64,000 nt of DNA from Flavobacteriales bacterium (GTDB lineage Bacteria; Bacteroidota; Bacteroidia; Flavobacteriales; UBA7312), in assembly GCA_037625715.1 (NCBI GenBank), contig JASJHQ010000035.1:497-64496 (forward strand), written 5' to 3'. This document shows positions 27,501 to 36,840 of this stretch, piece by piece (position 1 is the first letter of the stretch; each line of letters begins with the position of its first letter). The notes beneath the pieces are model-generated. The model ran no database searches. It was not told the origin of the DNA and saw only the letters and a program-made list of their open reading frames with translations. The position numbers were made by a program, and so were the translations under genes.

Positions 27501-28991
27501 TCAAAATTTATTTCTATTCATGATGACCAAGACTCACTATCCTTTGTCTCTAAATCATCAACATATAACCTTAACGACTATATAATAAAAGCAAACGGTG
27601 TGGATGAAATAGAAGTAGCAGATGCTGTTATTAGTCCTTCTGATGGCAAGTTAGTCGTTCGTTCTAATGCTAAAATGGACAAGTTATCCAAAGCTTCAAT
27701 AGTTGTTAATAAAGCTGAAAAGTACCATAACCTTTACGATTCCGATATTGAGATTTTTGGTAAAAGAGATTATAGTGGCTTAGGTTTTACTAAATATTTA
27801 GGTAGGGGAGTTCAAGATCAAGTAATTGAGTTAGATACTATTTTTGTTTTAGACAATCAAACCATTGCTAAGGGTGAAATTTCTGAAAATGATAACTTCA
27901 AATTTAACCCTCAATTCTTATATAAGGGAAGTGTTCAGTTAGAAGGTCTTTCAAAAGAATTTTTATACACAGGTTCTTATAAAATAAAACACGATTGTAG
28001 TTTGATTTCTAATGGATGGGTTAAGTTCTCAGATTACGTCGGAAATGAAAAAATGAGACTTCCTGTTGGAGAAAATATCTTAGATGAATACGATCAAAGG
28101 TTATATATAGGACCAATTTTATCTGGAGATCAGCTTTACCCAGCTTTTCTTTCAACTTTAGAATCTGAAAACGATAAAGAAATGATGCCTATTAACGGAT
28201 ATCTTAGTTATGATAATTCAAAGTCGTTATTTATAGTAACCGATGCGACAGACACAACTGAAGGAGCAACAACTCTAACAATGTCTAATTCTGGCTGTAT
28301 TATGAAAGGAGAGGGTAGTTTTAACTTTGGTTTAGATTTTGGTCAAGTTGAGTTTTCAAATACAGGAGAGTTCACTTACAATGCTATGAGTAACAGCTTG
28401 AGCTCAACATCGATGATGTCTTTTGATTTCTTTATGAGTCCTAAAGCAATGGATCAGCTAGGCACAGAGCTGAAAGCAGATTTGGCGGATGAGTTAGAGT
28501 TAAATGAAAAGTATTATATCAATAACTTTAATAGAATTCTTTCTGATCCTGATTTAGTATTTGAATATGAAATGTTTGGGGAGTTTGATAAGCTTCCTAA
28601 AGAATTGAAAAGATCAATATACTTTTATGAAGTTAAGCTAGAGTGGGATTCAGAATCTAATTCGTTAATTTCTAAAAACTCTCTTGGTTTGGGTAATGTA
28701 AATGATTTCCAGGTGAACAAACTTTTCTTGGGTAAAATCGAACTTGCTAAAGAATCATCAGGCGATTTCTTTAATATATATTTTGATACCGATATTGGAG
28801 AATCTTATTTCTTTGGTTATAGTAATGAATTGTTGATTTCTAGGTCTACAATCGATGAATATAATATTGAGATATTAGAGGTCAAAACCCAAAATCGTAA
28901 ATTAGATACTAAGAAAGGAGAGGTCGAATTTCAATACGATTTATCTTCAGAAGATGATGTTGATAACTTCAAAAAACGATTCTTCAGATAA
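24567..28991 (+). CDS. Very large secreted protein of unrecognised family
   Basis: 1474 aa, uninterrupted ORF. Cleavable signal peptide (FISNSISAQSS) with no lipobox. No further TM segment, no T9SS CTD, and no repeats or catalytic motifs that I can recognise. It starts 2 nt after the prmA stop. Confidence 0.7.
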   Translation: MKKLIYFLFFILFISNSISAQSSKKIKSFTEESNVFIDELNTFMSSSSSEELGKFMKKFSKNWKKGIYSSDKQKGIYDISNALLKKRKRPSHFLIFLESLESFSRNQTFNSEFGNWSHIVKEMIPNSSTSQQLKFLVFSRNLFNENLLVTNRSLSWKVSSSTFSFEYDSVPHIVFKEPLDLTCIARGDTLVVRQTSGRYTPLKTYWIGKEGLMDWNKAGYTIAEVYAELSDYSINTSRAGFKADSVLFYNSNVFDDKPIKGSFEDKLVKRKKTETSSFYPKFDSYDKNIVLSDLIEDVDFEGGYSLHGDRFVSNSGDGHTADLVFYRNDKKFIVISSSRIAISGKRVIASNASMKMLFDNDSIVHPGLNLSYNQEDRRLDLNKDDSGISVAPYINTYHDLEMNFQNLNWYIDDDSISFGSMAGNSSGSANFESSNYFKEDKFDNLLGLDSEHPLLRIQKFAKKYAVDNEFLIQDFLNLSNYSDDQDIRYLINLAAKGYIIYNSITGKGLIKENVSRSILAKSKKIDFEELNFFSEFPKDGKNALLDLNTMNLTIYGVSSVKISSVRDVIAFPTNNEVVVRKGRDFSMGGKLLAGNAGRFRINSEAIEFNYEEFKLYFQDATTQIWIPNNRGEYNQKGNLVLEPIESEITISNGELLVDTSINKSGIWQEDYPQYPIIRSYDRSKVYYDDINILGGVYDRNKFFFDIDPFEIDSLDTYDRTSLSFPGVFNSGDIFPTFEQELRVQEDNILGFSILIAEDGLPLYVDKGYFEGNNHLSLDKSGLRGEGNFTYLTSITESKDYIFYLDSMNTNALSFDLIKKADGVQFPQAKALNVYEHWEPYNDVLEIKNNENAFAVYDDKLSLDGHLFLRPEGLKGGGLINLDDSKLNSELYTFDLEEFYSDTADFALERTDIDALAFESINLQTKINMVSRVAQFNSNGSGSFVKFPSNKYICYIDELKWFMDKKEVVLGNIDGFGSGSKFISIHDDQDSLSFVSKSSTYNLNDYIIKANGVDEIEVADAVISPSDGKLVVRSNAKMDKLSKASIVVNKAEKYHNLYDSDIEIFGKRDYSGLGFTKYLGRGVQDQVIELDTIFVLDNQTIAKGEISENDNFKFNPQFLYKGSVQLEGLSKEFLYTGSYKIKHDCSLISNGWVKFSDYVGNEKMRLPVGENILDEYDQRLYIGPILSGDQLYPAFLSTLESENDKEMMPINGYLSYDNSKSLFIVTDATDTTEGATTLTMSNSGCIMKGEGSFNFGLDFGQVEFSNTGEFTYNAMSNSLSSTSMMSFDFFMSPKAMDQLGTELKADLADELELNEKYYINNFNRILSDPDLVFEYEMFGEFDKLPKELKRSIYFYEVKLEWDSESNSLISKNSLGLGNVNDFQVNKLFLGKIELAKESSGDFFNIYFDTDIGESYFFGYSNELLISRSTIDEYNIEILEVKTQNRKLDTKKGEVEFQYDLSSEDDVDNFKKRFFR

Positions 28992-29018
28992 TTTACTTTA
29001 ATTGTATTTTCCCCAACT

Positions 29019-29654
29019 ATGATTTCAGCGACAAGTATCATTTTATTAATCTTTGCTTACCTGATAGGATCTATTCCTTTTAGTGTGATTGCTGCAAGAT
29101 TATATAAAGGAATTGATATTAGAGAGTATGGTAGTGGTAATGCTGGAGCAACTAATACTTTTAGAGTCTTAGGTTTTAAAATTGGAATGCCTGTTTTAAT
29201 TCTTGATATTCTTAAAGGATTTTTGGCTGTTTACCTTACTCATTTCACTGGTTTTAATCCAGAAACAGAAGTCTTTATTAACCTTCAGTTGTCATTTGGT
29301 ATTGCTGCTGTTTTGGGACATATATTCCCGATATACGTTGGTTTTAGAGGTGGTAAAGGAGTCGCAACTATTTTAGGTTTCATGATTGCAGTTTTTCCAA
29401 TTGCTTCATTATGTTCTATAATCGTTTTCTTAATTACATTTTTCACATCAAAATATGTTTCATTAAGTTCGATTTTATCTAGTCTTGTCTTTCCGTTTGC
29501 ATTCTTTTGGTTAAATGATGACCCTATTCCAACTCTAATAATATTTTCTGTTTTCGTTCCTATTCTTATAATAGCTACCCATCAAACAAACATAGAGCGA
29601 CTTATCCAAGGAGAGGAGAATAAAGCGAATCTATCTTTCAAAAAAAAGAAGTAA
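29019..29654 (+). CDS. plsY: Glycerol-3-phosphate acyltransferase (acyl-phosphate dependent)
   Basis: 211 aa. GSGNAGATN, GGKGVAT, multi-pass membrane profile. Confidence 0.92.
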   Translation: MISATSIILLIFAYLIGSIPFSVIAARLYKGIDIREYGSGNAGATNTFRVLGFKIGMPVLILDILKGFLAVYLTHFTGFNPETEVFINLQLSFGIAAVLGHIFPIYVGFRGGKGVATILGFMIAVFPIASLCSIIVFLITFFTSKYVSLSSILSSLVFPFAFFWLNDDPIPTLIIFSVFVPILIIATHQTNIERLIQGEENKANLSFKKKK

Positions 29655-29697
29655 AATAAAATTATTGAATTTTAGTGCAGAATTCCAATTCCTCTTA

Positions 29698-29705
29698 TAT
29701 ATTTG
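29698..29705 (+). promoter_or_regulatory. -7 box (TATATTTG) for tRNA-Arg(ACG)
   Basis: Exact TAnnTTTG, with 10 nt between the box and the mature tRNA 5' end. Confidence 0.55.
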
Positions 29706-29715
29706 CAAAAATCTT

Positions 29716-29789
29716 GGACTCGTAGCATAACTGGATAGTGCACTAGATTACGGCTCTGGAGGTTGGGGGTTCGACTCCCTCCGAGTTCA
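29716..29789 (+). tRNA. tRNA-Arg (anticodon ACG)
   Basis: 74 nt. Acceptor GGACTCG/CGAGTTC plus A, anticodon stem CTAGA/TCTGG, loop TTACGGC, T-arm GGGGG-TTCGACT-CCCTC. Confidence 0.88.
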
Positions 29790-29795
29790 CATTTT

Positions 29796-29836
29796 AATTC
29801 CTCTGTTCTACAACTAGAATAGAGGAATTTTTTTTT
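29796..29836 (+). terminator. Intrinsic terminator after tRNA-Arg(ACG)
   Basis: AATTCCTCTGTTCTA-CAAC-TAGAATAGAGGAATT long hairpin, followed by a T-run of 8 or more. Confidence 0.85.
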
Positions 29837-29863
29837 AAACCTATTATCTGTCTTTTTTCTTCT

Positions 29864-29871
29864 TAAATTTG
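29864..29871 (+). promoter_or_regulatory. -7 box (TAAATTTG) only 4 nt upstream of the ATG at 29876
   Basis: Exact TAnnTTTG. The spacing implies a leaderless or near-leaderless mRNA. Confidence 0.5.
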
Positions 29872-29875
29872 CGCT

Positions 29876-30559
29876 ATGGTTTTACGCATATTAATTTTTT
29901 GTTTGCCTTTGTTTTGTTTTAGTCAAAACATAATCGATGAAAATCAAAATAAACAGGGTAAATGGGTTCAAACTCATCCTAATGGAGAACTTAGGTATGA
30001 AGGATACTTTATAGATAATATGCCAAATGGCATCTTTAATCATTACACCAAAAAAGGTGTTCTTAAAGCTAATTTAGAATACTTTGACGCTGGAAAATCT
30101 TCTTCAGCAAGATTGTATTACTCTAGCGGCCAGCTAAGCGCTACTGGTGTTTATGTAGGAGAGACTAAAGATCAACTTTGGAAATATTTTAGTGAGAAGG
30201 GTGTTTTAATAAAAGAAGAGAATTACAATCAAGGAAAATTAAATGGTGCCGTAACCACCTATTATCCTAGTGGAGAAATTTTGCAAAAGCTTAATTTTAT
30301 AGAAGGATTAAGAGAAGGTATTTCCGAGCAGTTTTATATTAGCGGAATTTCAAAGTTTACCAGCAACTATAAAAATGATTTGCTAGAAGGATTGTTTATT
30401 TTAAACTATTCTGATGGAATAAAAGAGTACGAAGGGAATTACTTAAAAGATCAGAAAAATGGTGTCTGGAAATACTATAAAGAGGATGGAAGCTTTGATT
30501 ATGAAATAGAATTCATGAATGGAATTCAATTAACAACTTTTGATGAAGAAGAAAGATAA
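29876..30559 (+). CDS. Secreted MORN-variant repeat protein (YwqK-family repeats)
   Basis: 227 aa, signal peptide ending FSQ. Repeated G-x-W-x-x-Y-x-x-G motifs: GKWVQTHPNGELRYEG, DQLWKYFSEKG, NGVWKYYKEDG. Confidence 0.6.
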   Translation: MVLRILIFCLPLFCFSQNIIDENQNKQGKWVQTHPNGELRYEGYFIDNMPNGIFNHYTKKGVLKANLEYFDAGKSSSARLYYSSGQLSATGVYVGETKDQLWKYFSEKGVLIKEENYNQGKLNGAVTTYYPSGEILQKLNFIEGLREGISEQFYISGISKFTSNYKNDLLEGLFILNYSDGIKEYEGNYLKDQKNGVWKYYKEDGSFDYEIEFMNGIQLTTFDEEER

Positions 30560-31634
30560 AGTATTGGTGGCAATGAGTGGTGGTATTGATAGTACCGTTA
30601 CTGCATTGATGTTACACGAACAGGGATATGATGTTGTAGGAATTACTATGAAAACATGGGACTATGCTAACTCTGGTGGTTCTAAAAAAGAAACTGGATG
30701 TTGTAGTTTAGATTCTATTAATGACGCTAGACAATTAGCAGTCGACTGCGGATTTCCTCACATGATACTAGATATAAGAGAGGAGTTTGGAGATTATATT
30801 ATCGATAATTTTGTTGATGAATATATTGCTGGCCGTACACCTAATCCTTGTGTTTTATGTAATACACATATTAAATGGGAAGCATTACTTAAAAGAGCCG
30901 ATCAATTAGGATGTAAATACATTGCTACAGGTCATTATGCTCAAGTTAGAGAAGAAAACGGTAGGTATGTAGTCTATAAGGGAGTTGATGAATGGAAAGA
31001 CCAGTCTTATGTATTGTGGGGTTTGTCTCAAGAATGTTTGAAAAGAACTATTTTTCCTATGGGAAAATTTCATAAAGACGATATCAAGCAAATGGCAATT
31101 GATAGAGGTTATGAAGAATTAGCCCTAAAACCAGAAAGCTATGAAATATGCTTTATTCCTGATAATGATTATAGAGGATTTCTAAAAAGAAGGGTAGACG
31201 GGTTAGAAGAAAAAGTAAAGGGTGGTAACTTTGTTAATAAGCAAGGAAAGGTTTTAGGAACTCATGATGGTTATCCATTCTATACTATAGGTCAAAGAAA
31301 ACTTGGCGTTTCTTTTGGAGATGATGCCACTTATGTTTTAGAGATTAGGCCAGAAACCAATGAAGTTGTTATTGGTTCTCCGGAAGACTTAAAGAAGCAA
31401 CAGATGTTTGTTAAAGGACTGAATTTTATAAAATATGATTCCATTCCTGACGGATTCGAAGCACTCACAAAAGTGAGGTATAAGCATAACGGAGAAATGT
31501 CTGTTTTAAAAAATATTGATAACGAACTGGAAGTTATCTTTCATAAAGAAGTTCAAGGGATTGCTCCTGGGCAGTCAGCTGTTTTTTATGAAGGAAACGA
31601 TCTGTTGGGTGGCGGATTTATAGCTAAAAAATGA
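30540..31634 (+). CDS. mnmA: tRNA 2-thiouridine(34) synthase
   Basis: 364 aa. VAMSGGIDS PP-loop, NPCVLCN, ATGHYA, KDQSY. Confidence 0.93.
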   Translation: MMKKKDKVLVAMSGGIDSTVTALMLHEQGYDVVGITMKTWDYANSGGSKKETGCCSLDSINDARQLAVDCGFPHMILDIREEFGDYIIDNFVDEYIAGRTPNPCVLCNTHIKWEALLKRADQLGCKYIATGHYAQVREENGRYVVYKGVDEWKDQSYVLWGLSQECLKRTIFPMGKFHKDDIKQMAIDRGYEELALKPESYEICFIPDNDYRGFLKRRVDGLEEKVKGGNFVNKQGKVLGTHDGYPFYTIGQRKLGVSFGDDATYVLEIRPETNEVVIGSPEDLKKQQMFVKGLNFIKYDSIPDGFEALTKVRYKHNGEMSVLKNIDNELEVIFHKEVQGIAPGQSAVFYEGNDLLGGGFIAKK

Positions 31635-33229
31635 GGCTTCTAATCCTAATATTGTTTCCGATATCTGTTATAGCACAAGATTTAGGTTCGTATAAATTTT
31701 TCATATCCTTTAAAGATAAAGGAACTCAAACAATTTCTGACTTTCAATTGTCCGATTTAGTTTCAGACAAATCAATTCAAAGAAGGGAAAAACAATCTAT
31801 CGATATTCATTATTCTGATTTACCTGTTTTCTCTGATTATAAAGATTCCATTTCTGAGAAAGGATACAGCATTGATTACGATAGTAAATGGTTAAATGGT
31901 ATTATCTGTTCTTCTTCTGAAAATAATATTTCTAATATTTTATCCTTTCCCTTTGTAGAGAAAATAGATTCTTTTGGATTTTTTCCATTATCAATTTCAA
32001 GTGGTTCTAGAATTCAAAATAAATTTGAAGAATTATCGGATAATTATGGCGATGGCTTTAATCAGATAGAAATGCTTCAGGGCCATGAACTTCATAAATT
32101 AGGATATATGGGTCAGGGTATTGATGTGGCGGTTCTTGATGCCGGATTTCGAAATGCAATTTATATTGATGGTCTGAAACACCTCTTTCAAAACAATCAA
32201 GTGTTAGGTACTTGGGACTTCGTAGATCAAGAAGAGTCTGTCTTCGAGGATAACTACCACGGAATGTCTGTTTTGTCGACTATGGCTTCTGATTTAGATA
32301 ATCAGTTTATAGGAATGTCACCTAGAGCTAATTATTGGATGTTAAGAACAGAGAATTCTGTTTCCGAAAATCTAATTGAAGAATTTTACTGGACTGTTGC
32401 TGCAGAATTTTGCGATAGTGTAGGGGTTGATATTATTAATTCATCATTAGGATATACTACTTTTGATTTAGGCTATCAGGATCATTCGTATGCCGATTTA
32501 GACGGATTTACTACTCCTATTTCTAAAGCAGCAACCTTTGCAGCTAGAAAAGGGATGATTGTTTGTAATTCGGCAGGAAATTCTGGTAACAGTTCTTGGT
32601 ACTATATTTCTGCTCCAGCTGATGCCGATAGTATTATTACGGTAGGTTCTGTAGATCAAAATAGAGAGGTGTCCTCTTTTACTTCAAGAGGACCTAGCGC
32701 GGATGGTCGATTAAAGCCAACTGTTTCTGCTCAAGGAGGAAACACTACTATTTATAATCCGAATAACACTATAAATACTAGTAATGGAACTTCTTTTTCA
32801 TCTCCTATAATTGCTGGAATGACCGCTTGTTTGTGGCAAGCAAATTATGATAAATCGGCACAAGAAATAATAGCTGCGATTGTTGAGAGTTCTCATTTAG
32901 TAGATAATCCGAATTCCGATATTGGTAACGGAATTCCAAACTTCTCAATAGCAAATGCTATTCTGAAGCTAGATGATGTAGAAAGTTCTTTTTTAGAAGT
33001 TTATCCTAATCCTGTGGTGAACAATACATTTACTTATTTATTTGTTAATTCATCTAGCTCAAGTGTTAAGCTCTATGACCTTTTAGGAAAGCTATTGTAT
33101 CAAAAGTCATTAGATAACAATATTGGGTTATATCAATTAAGTATCCCTTATTTAAACAATGGAACTTATCTTTTATTTGTCGAGTCTAGTGATTTGGTGT
33201 TAACAAAAAAGATAGTAGTGGTTGACTAG
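31631..33229 (+). CDS. S8 (subtilisin-family) serine peptidase with a T9SS type A C-terminal sorting domain
   Basis: 532 aa. Triad contexts VAVLDAGF, HGMSV, GTSFSSP. C-terminus VYPNPVVNN...LYDLLGKLL...NGTYLLFV...KKIVVVD. Confidence 0.88.
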   Translation: MRLLILILFPISVIAQDLGSYKFFISFKDKGTQTISDFQLSDLVSDKSIQRREKQSIDIHYSDLPVFSDYKDSISEKGYSIDYDSKWLNGIICSSSENNISNILSFPFVEKIDSFGFFPLSISSGSRIQNKFEELSDNYGDGFNQIEMLQGHELHKLGYMGQGIDVAVLDAGFRNAIYIDGLKHLFQNNQVLGTWDFVDQEESVFEDNYHGMSVLSTMASDLDNQFIGMSPRANYWMLRTENSVSENLIEEFYWTVAAEFCDSVGVDIINSSLGYTTFDLGYQDHSYADLDGFTTPISKAATFAARKGMIVCNSAGNSGNSSWYYISAPADADSIITVGSVDQNREVSSFTSRGPSADGRLKPTVSAQGGNTTIYNPNNTINTSNGTSFSSPIIAGMTACLWQANYDKSAQEIIAAIVESSHLVDNPNSDIGNGIPNFSIANAILKLDDVESSFLEVYPNPVVNNTFTYLFVNSSSSSVKLYDLLGKLLYQKSLDNNIGLYQLSIPYLNNGTYLLFVESSDLVLTKKIVVVD

Positions 33230-33786
33230 CCATTTATCAATTTAAGTATTTTTTTTCCTCTAGCTTTATATCCACAGCTTTTATTATCCATATTGTTAAC
33301 CAGAATATGTTTTAATTCCTTGTGTATCCATCTTTCTTCCTTTCCTAACACGTAAAGTATATTCATAGAATATGCTTCTACAGCAACCTTTTCTTGACCT
33401 AACATCCAGTCAAAACAGCAAGAAATTATTAGGCTTTTGTTTTCTGGCATCAGATATTTTCTAGAATTCCCATTATTGTTGTAATCATCCAACAGGATTT
33501 CGCAAATTTTAGCAATAGGTCTTTTTGAACTATCGAACTTTAGTTTGTTCATCTCTGATGTTATTTGATTTAGATATGGGTATATAGTATCTAAAGATTT
33601 TTTAGCAACAAATTCTAAAACCCAAGCGGAACGTATAGATAGTTTGTTATTAATTTCAAAAGATATATCAACTAGATGGGGGATGAGTGATGGGTTTCTT
33701 AAAACTATAAGACAAAGTTTATTTCTGTGTACTCTTGCAGCATTTTTCATGCTAGATAATTCTTCAATAAGAATTTGCTTGTCCAC
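33226..33786 (-). CDS. Hypothetical protein (helical, HEAT/armadillo-like?)
   Basis: 186 aa, uninterrupted, tightly packed downstream of the FAH-family gene. No motif that I can assign. Confidence 0.4.
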   Translation of the reverse strand: MDKQILIEELSSMKNAARVHRNKLCLIVLRNPSLIPHLVDISFEINNKLSIRSAWVLEFVAKKSLDTIYPYLNQITSEMNKLKFDSSKRPIAKICEILLDDYNNNGNSRKYLMPENKSLIISCCFDWMLGQEKVAVEAYSMNILYVLGKEERWIHKELKHILVNNMDNKSCGYKARGKKILKLING

Positions 33787-34398
33787 TTATCTAACTTTTA
33801 ATTCAAACATTTTTTGTTGAGATATAAATCCTTCTAGTTTGTCTCCATTTTTTACTTGAGCAACTCCAGAGGGAGTTCCTGTGAAAATTAAGTCTCCAAT
33901 TTTAAGAGTATAAAATTGAGATACGTAAGATATGATATCATCAAAACTGAAAATCATGTCTTTAGAGTTGCCAGACTGAACAAAATCATTGTTGTTTTTC
34001 AGTGAGAAATCAATGTTGTTTAGATCCAATTCGTCTTTATTTATAAATTCTCTAGAAACAAATGCTGATCCGTCAAATCCTTTAGCTTTTTCCCAAGGAA
34101 GTCCTTGGCTTTTTAATTCTTGTTGTAAGTCCCTAGCGGTAAAGTCAATCCCTAAACCTATCTGAGAGTAGTATTTGTGGGCAAAAGATTTCTGAATGTG
34201 TTTTCCTAATTTATTTATTTTAATAACTAGTTCAATTTCATGCTGAACGTTATTACTAAAATCTGGAATAAAAAATGGATGACCTTTTGGATTAATTGCA
34301 GTATCTGGCTTAAGGAAAACAACTGGTTCTGAAGGGGTGTCGTTGCCTAATTCTTTAGCATGTTCGCTATAGTTACGACCTATACAAATAATTTTCAT
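33787..34398 (-). CDS. Fumarylacetoacetate hydrolase (FAH) family protein
   Basis: 203 aa. IICIGRNY, VFLKP, HEIELV, GDLIFTGTPSGV. Confidence 0.85.
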   Translation of the reverse strand: MKIICIGRNYSEHAKELGNDTPSEPVVFLKPDTAINPKGHPFFIPDFSNNVQHEIELVIKINKLGKHIQKSFAHKYYSQIGLGIDFTARDLQQELKSQGLPWEKAKGFDGSAFVSREFINKDELDLNNIDFSLKNNNDFVQSGNSKDMIFSFDDIISYVSQFYTLKIGDLIFTGTPSGVAQVKNGDKLEGFISQQKMFELKVR

Positions 34399-34751
34399 TT
34401 TCTATTTCCTTGATTATCGAATAATTCTTTAAGTTTCTTCTCCACTAAAAGTGCGCCGCCTATTAATCCAGCAACCAAAAAGATAGTAGAATAGAGTATT
34501 ATATCATCGTTCTCAAAGTCAAGAAATATACCTCCTATTTGGATTGCACAAGTTAAAATAGAAACCAGAAACATTATTTTCGAACTATTAGTATTTGCGA
34601 ACTTCCATGTTTCTAAATTTAGCATAGACATTTTTGTTCTGTGTCCGTAAAGAAGATTTATTTTTTTAGAAGGAAACAGTATGAAAATAATACTAAATAT
34701 TAGCATTAGAGGTCCAATCAATAAATGTAAAGTCAGATCTGAAATTTCCAT
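34395..34751 (-). CDS. SdpI/YhfL-family small membrane protein
   Basis: 118 aa with four hydrophobic helices. PSKKINLLYGHRTKMSM...W motif, typical of SdpI-like proteins (from recollection). Confidence 0.55.
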   Translation of the reverse strand: MEISDLTLHLLIGPLMLIFSIIFILFPSKKINLLYGHRTKMSMLNLETWKFANTNSSKIMFLVSILTCAIQIGGIFLDFENDDIILYSTIFLVAGLIGGALLVEKKLKELFDNQGNRK

Positions 34752-34752
34752 A

Positions 34753-35520
34753 TTAACTAAACTTGTCTTTTAACCTTAATTCATTAAGTACTTTCTTAGT
34801 ATAAAGTGGAAAGTCTGCTTGTTGTATCCATGAGAAATAGCCTGGATTGGTTTCCAAAATACTTTGAACTGTCTTACCTTTGTACTTCCCAAAGGAGAAA
34901 CATTCTTGGTTTTCTTCATTCATTATAATGAAACCAGCCATATCTACTGTAGTTCCTCTTTTAGAAAATTCGGAAAGAAAAGAAATGTCATTTTCTAATT
35001 CATCGTATTTTTCTATTTGAGCTTCTAAAACTTCGTAGGTTGCAAGAGTATCTGCTTCAGCACTATGTGCGTTTTCTAAATCTTTTTGACAGTAAAATTT
35101 ATAAGCTGCAGAAAGTGTTCTTTTTTCTAATTTGTGGAATATATTTTGAACATCAACCGCTTTTACCTTTTTAAAATCGAAATCTACTTCCACTCTTAAA
35201 AATTCTTCAGCCAATAACGGAATGTCAAATTTGTTGGAATTATATCCAGCTAAATCACATCCTTCCATCATTTCTTTTATTTCTTGAGCTAATTCTTTGA
35301 AAGTTGGCTCGTTAGCTACTTTTTCGTCTGTTATTCCGTGAACTGCAGTTGTTTCTGCAGGGATAGGAATGGTAGGGTTTACTAACCAAGTTTTACCTTC
35401 TTTATTTCCGTTAGGCAAAACTTTAAAAACAGATATTTCTACAATTCTATCTTTTGCTACTTGTACTCCAGTAGTTTCAAGGTCAAAGAATACGATTGGT
35501 CGGGTTAGATTTAAAGCCAT
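34753..35520 (-). CDS. DnaQ-like 3'-5' exonuclease with a C-terminal extension
   Basis: 255 aa. FFDLETTG (ExoI), GYNSNKFDIPLL (ExoII), HSAEADT (ExoIII). Confidence 0.85.
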   Translation of the reverse strand: MALNLTRPIVFFDLETTGVQVAKDRIVEISVFKVLPNGNKEGKTWLVNPTIPIPAETTAVHGITDEKVANEPTFKELAQEIKEMMEGCDLAGYNSNKFDIPLLAEEFLRVEVDFDFKKVKAVDVQNIFHKLEKRTLSAAYKFYCQKDLENAHSAEADTLATYEVLEAQIEKYDELENDISFLSEFSKRGTTVDMAGFIIMNEENQECFSFGKYKGKTVQSILETNPGYFSWIQQADFPLYTKKVLNELRLKDKFS

Positions 35521-35526
35521 GAGTAA

Positions 35527-36840
35527 TTATATTTGAGTGTTTGTATCGAAGTTTTCTAAATAATCAGCTACTTTTCTTAAGAAGCTTCCTCCTAAGGCTC
35601 CGTCTACAACTCTATGGTCGTAAGACAATGATAAGAACATCATTTGTCTAATTCCAATAGTGTCACCGTCTTTAGTTTCTATTACAGCTGGTTTCTTTTT
35701 GATAGATCCAACTGCTAAAATTGCAACTTGAGGTTGGTTAATAATAGGAGTTCCCATTAAGTTACCAAACGAACCTACATTTGTTAATGTAAATGTTCCT
35801 CCTTGAATATCATCAGGACCAAGTTTGCTGTTTCTAGCTTTTACTGCAAGTTCGTTAACCTTTTTGGTAATACCCATCAGGTTCATTTGATCTGCATTTT
35901 TAATTACTGGAACAATTAAATTTCCTGAAGGTAAAGCAGCAGCCATTCCAACATTAATATTTTTATGTTTAATGATGCTCGTTCCTTTAACAGAAACATT
36001 AATCATTGGAAAATCTTTAATTGCTTTGGTTACAGCCTCAATAAAAATAGGAGTGAAGGTAATGTTTTCACCTTCTCTCTTTTTAAACGATTCTTTAACA
36101 CTATTTCTCCAGTTTACTAATCCTGTAACATCAGCTTCAACAAAAGAAGTTACGTGGGGAGAAGTTTGTTTAGACATAACCATGTGATCTGCGATTAGCT
36201 TACGCATTCTGTCCATTTCAATTATTTCGTTGTCACCATTAACTGATGCAACAACAGGAGTTTGTTTTTTAGGTGTTTCTGCTTTAGTAGAAGGTGTTGC
36301 AATAGCTTCTGGCTTTGAAGTTGTAGGAGCCTGAGTTTGAGTTCTGCTTTTAATATAAGTTAGAATATCATTTTTAGTTATTCTATTTTCTTTGCCACTT
36401 CCTGTAATTTTATCTAATTCAGTAATTGGGATACCTTCTTCAGATGCAATAGACCTAACTAAAGGAGAGTAAAAACGCTCACTTTCTGAATTATCAATGC
36501 TAATAGTTTCTTTAATTTCAACTATTTCTTCTTCTATGTTTGCTGCTACAGTCTCCACATTTTTTTCTACAGATGCAGGTTCTTCAGCGCTAGCTTCTCC
36601 GTCAGTCTCTATAATAGCGAAAACCTCTCCAACTTTAACCAAATGGTCTACGTCAAAAAGTTTTTGCACTAGCTTTCCTTCTGCAGTTGATGGAACCTCT
36701 GAATCTACTTTGTCAGTAGCAATTTCAATAACTGTTTCATCTAGTTCAATAAAATCGCCAATTTCTTTATGCCAGCTGATGATTGTTGCTTCTGCAACAC
36801 TTTCACCCATTTTAGGCATTATAAGTTCGATTTTCGCCAT
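35527..36840 (-). CDS. 2-oxo acid dehydrogenase E2 component (dihydrolipoamide acyltransferase)
   Basis: 437 aa. Lipoyl domain (IATDKV), E3-binding domain (SPLVRSIA), catalytic domain ending LSYDHRVVDGA. Confidence 0.9.
   Translation of the reverse strand: MAKIELIMPKMGESVAEATIISWHKEIGDFIELDETVIEIATDKVDSEVPSTAEGKLVQKLFDVDHLVKVGEVFAIIETDGEASAEEPASVEKNVETVAANIEEEIVEIKETISIDNSESERFYSPLVRSIASEEGIPITELDKITGSGKENRITKNDILTYIKSRTQTQAPTTSKPEAIATPSTKAETPKKQTPVVASVNGDNEIIEMDRMRKLIADHMVMSKQTSPHVTSFVEADVTGLVNWRNSVKESFKKREGENITFTPIFIEAVTKAIKDFPMINVSVKGTSIIKHKNINVGMAAALPSGNLIVPVIKNADQMNLMGITKKVNELAVKARNSKLGPDDIQGGTFTLTNVGSFGNLMGTPIINQPQVAILAVGSIKKKPAVIETKDGDTIGIRQMMFLSLSYDHRVVDGALGGSFLRKVADYLENFDTNTQI

Noticed and set aside
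29876-30559. YwqK/MORN-repeat protein as the antitoxin of a toxin-antitoxin or polymorphic-toxin immunity pair
   Set aside because: There is no adjacent toxin-like gene (tRNA upstream, mnmA downstream), and the protein carries a signal peptide. It is more likely a periplasmic repeat protein.
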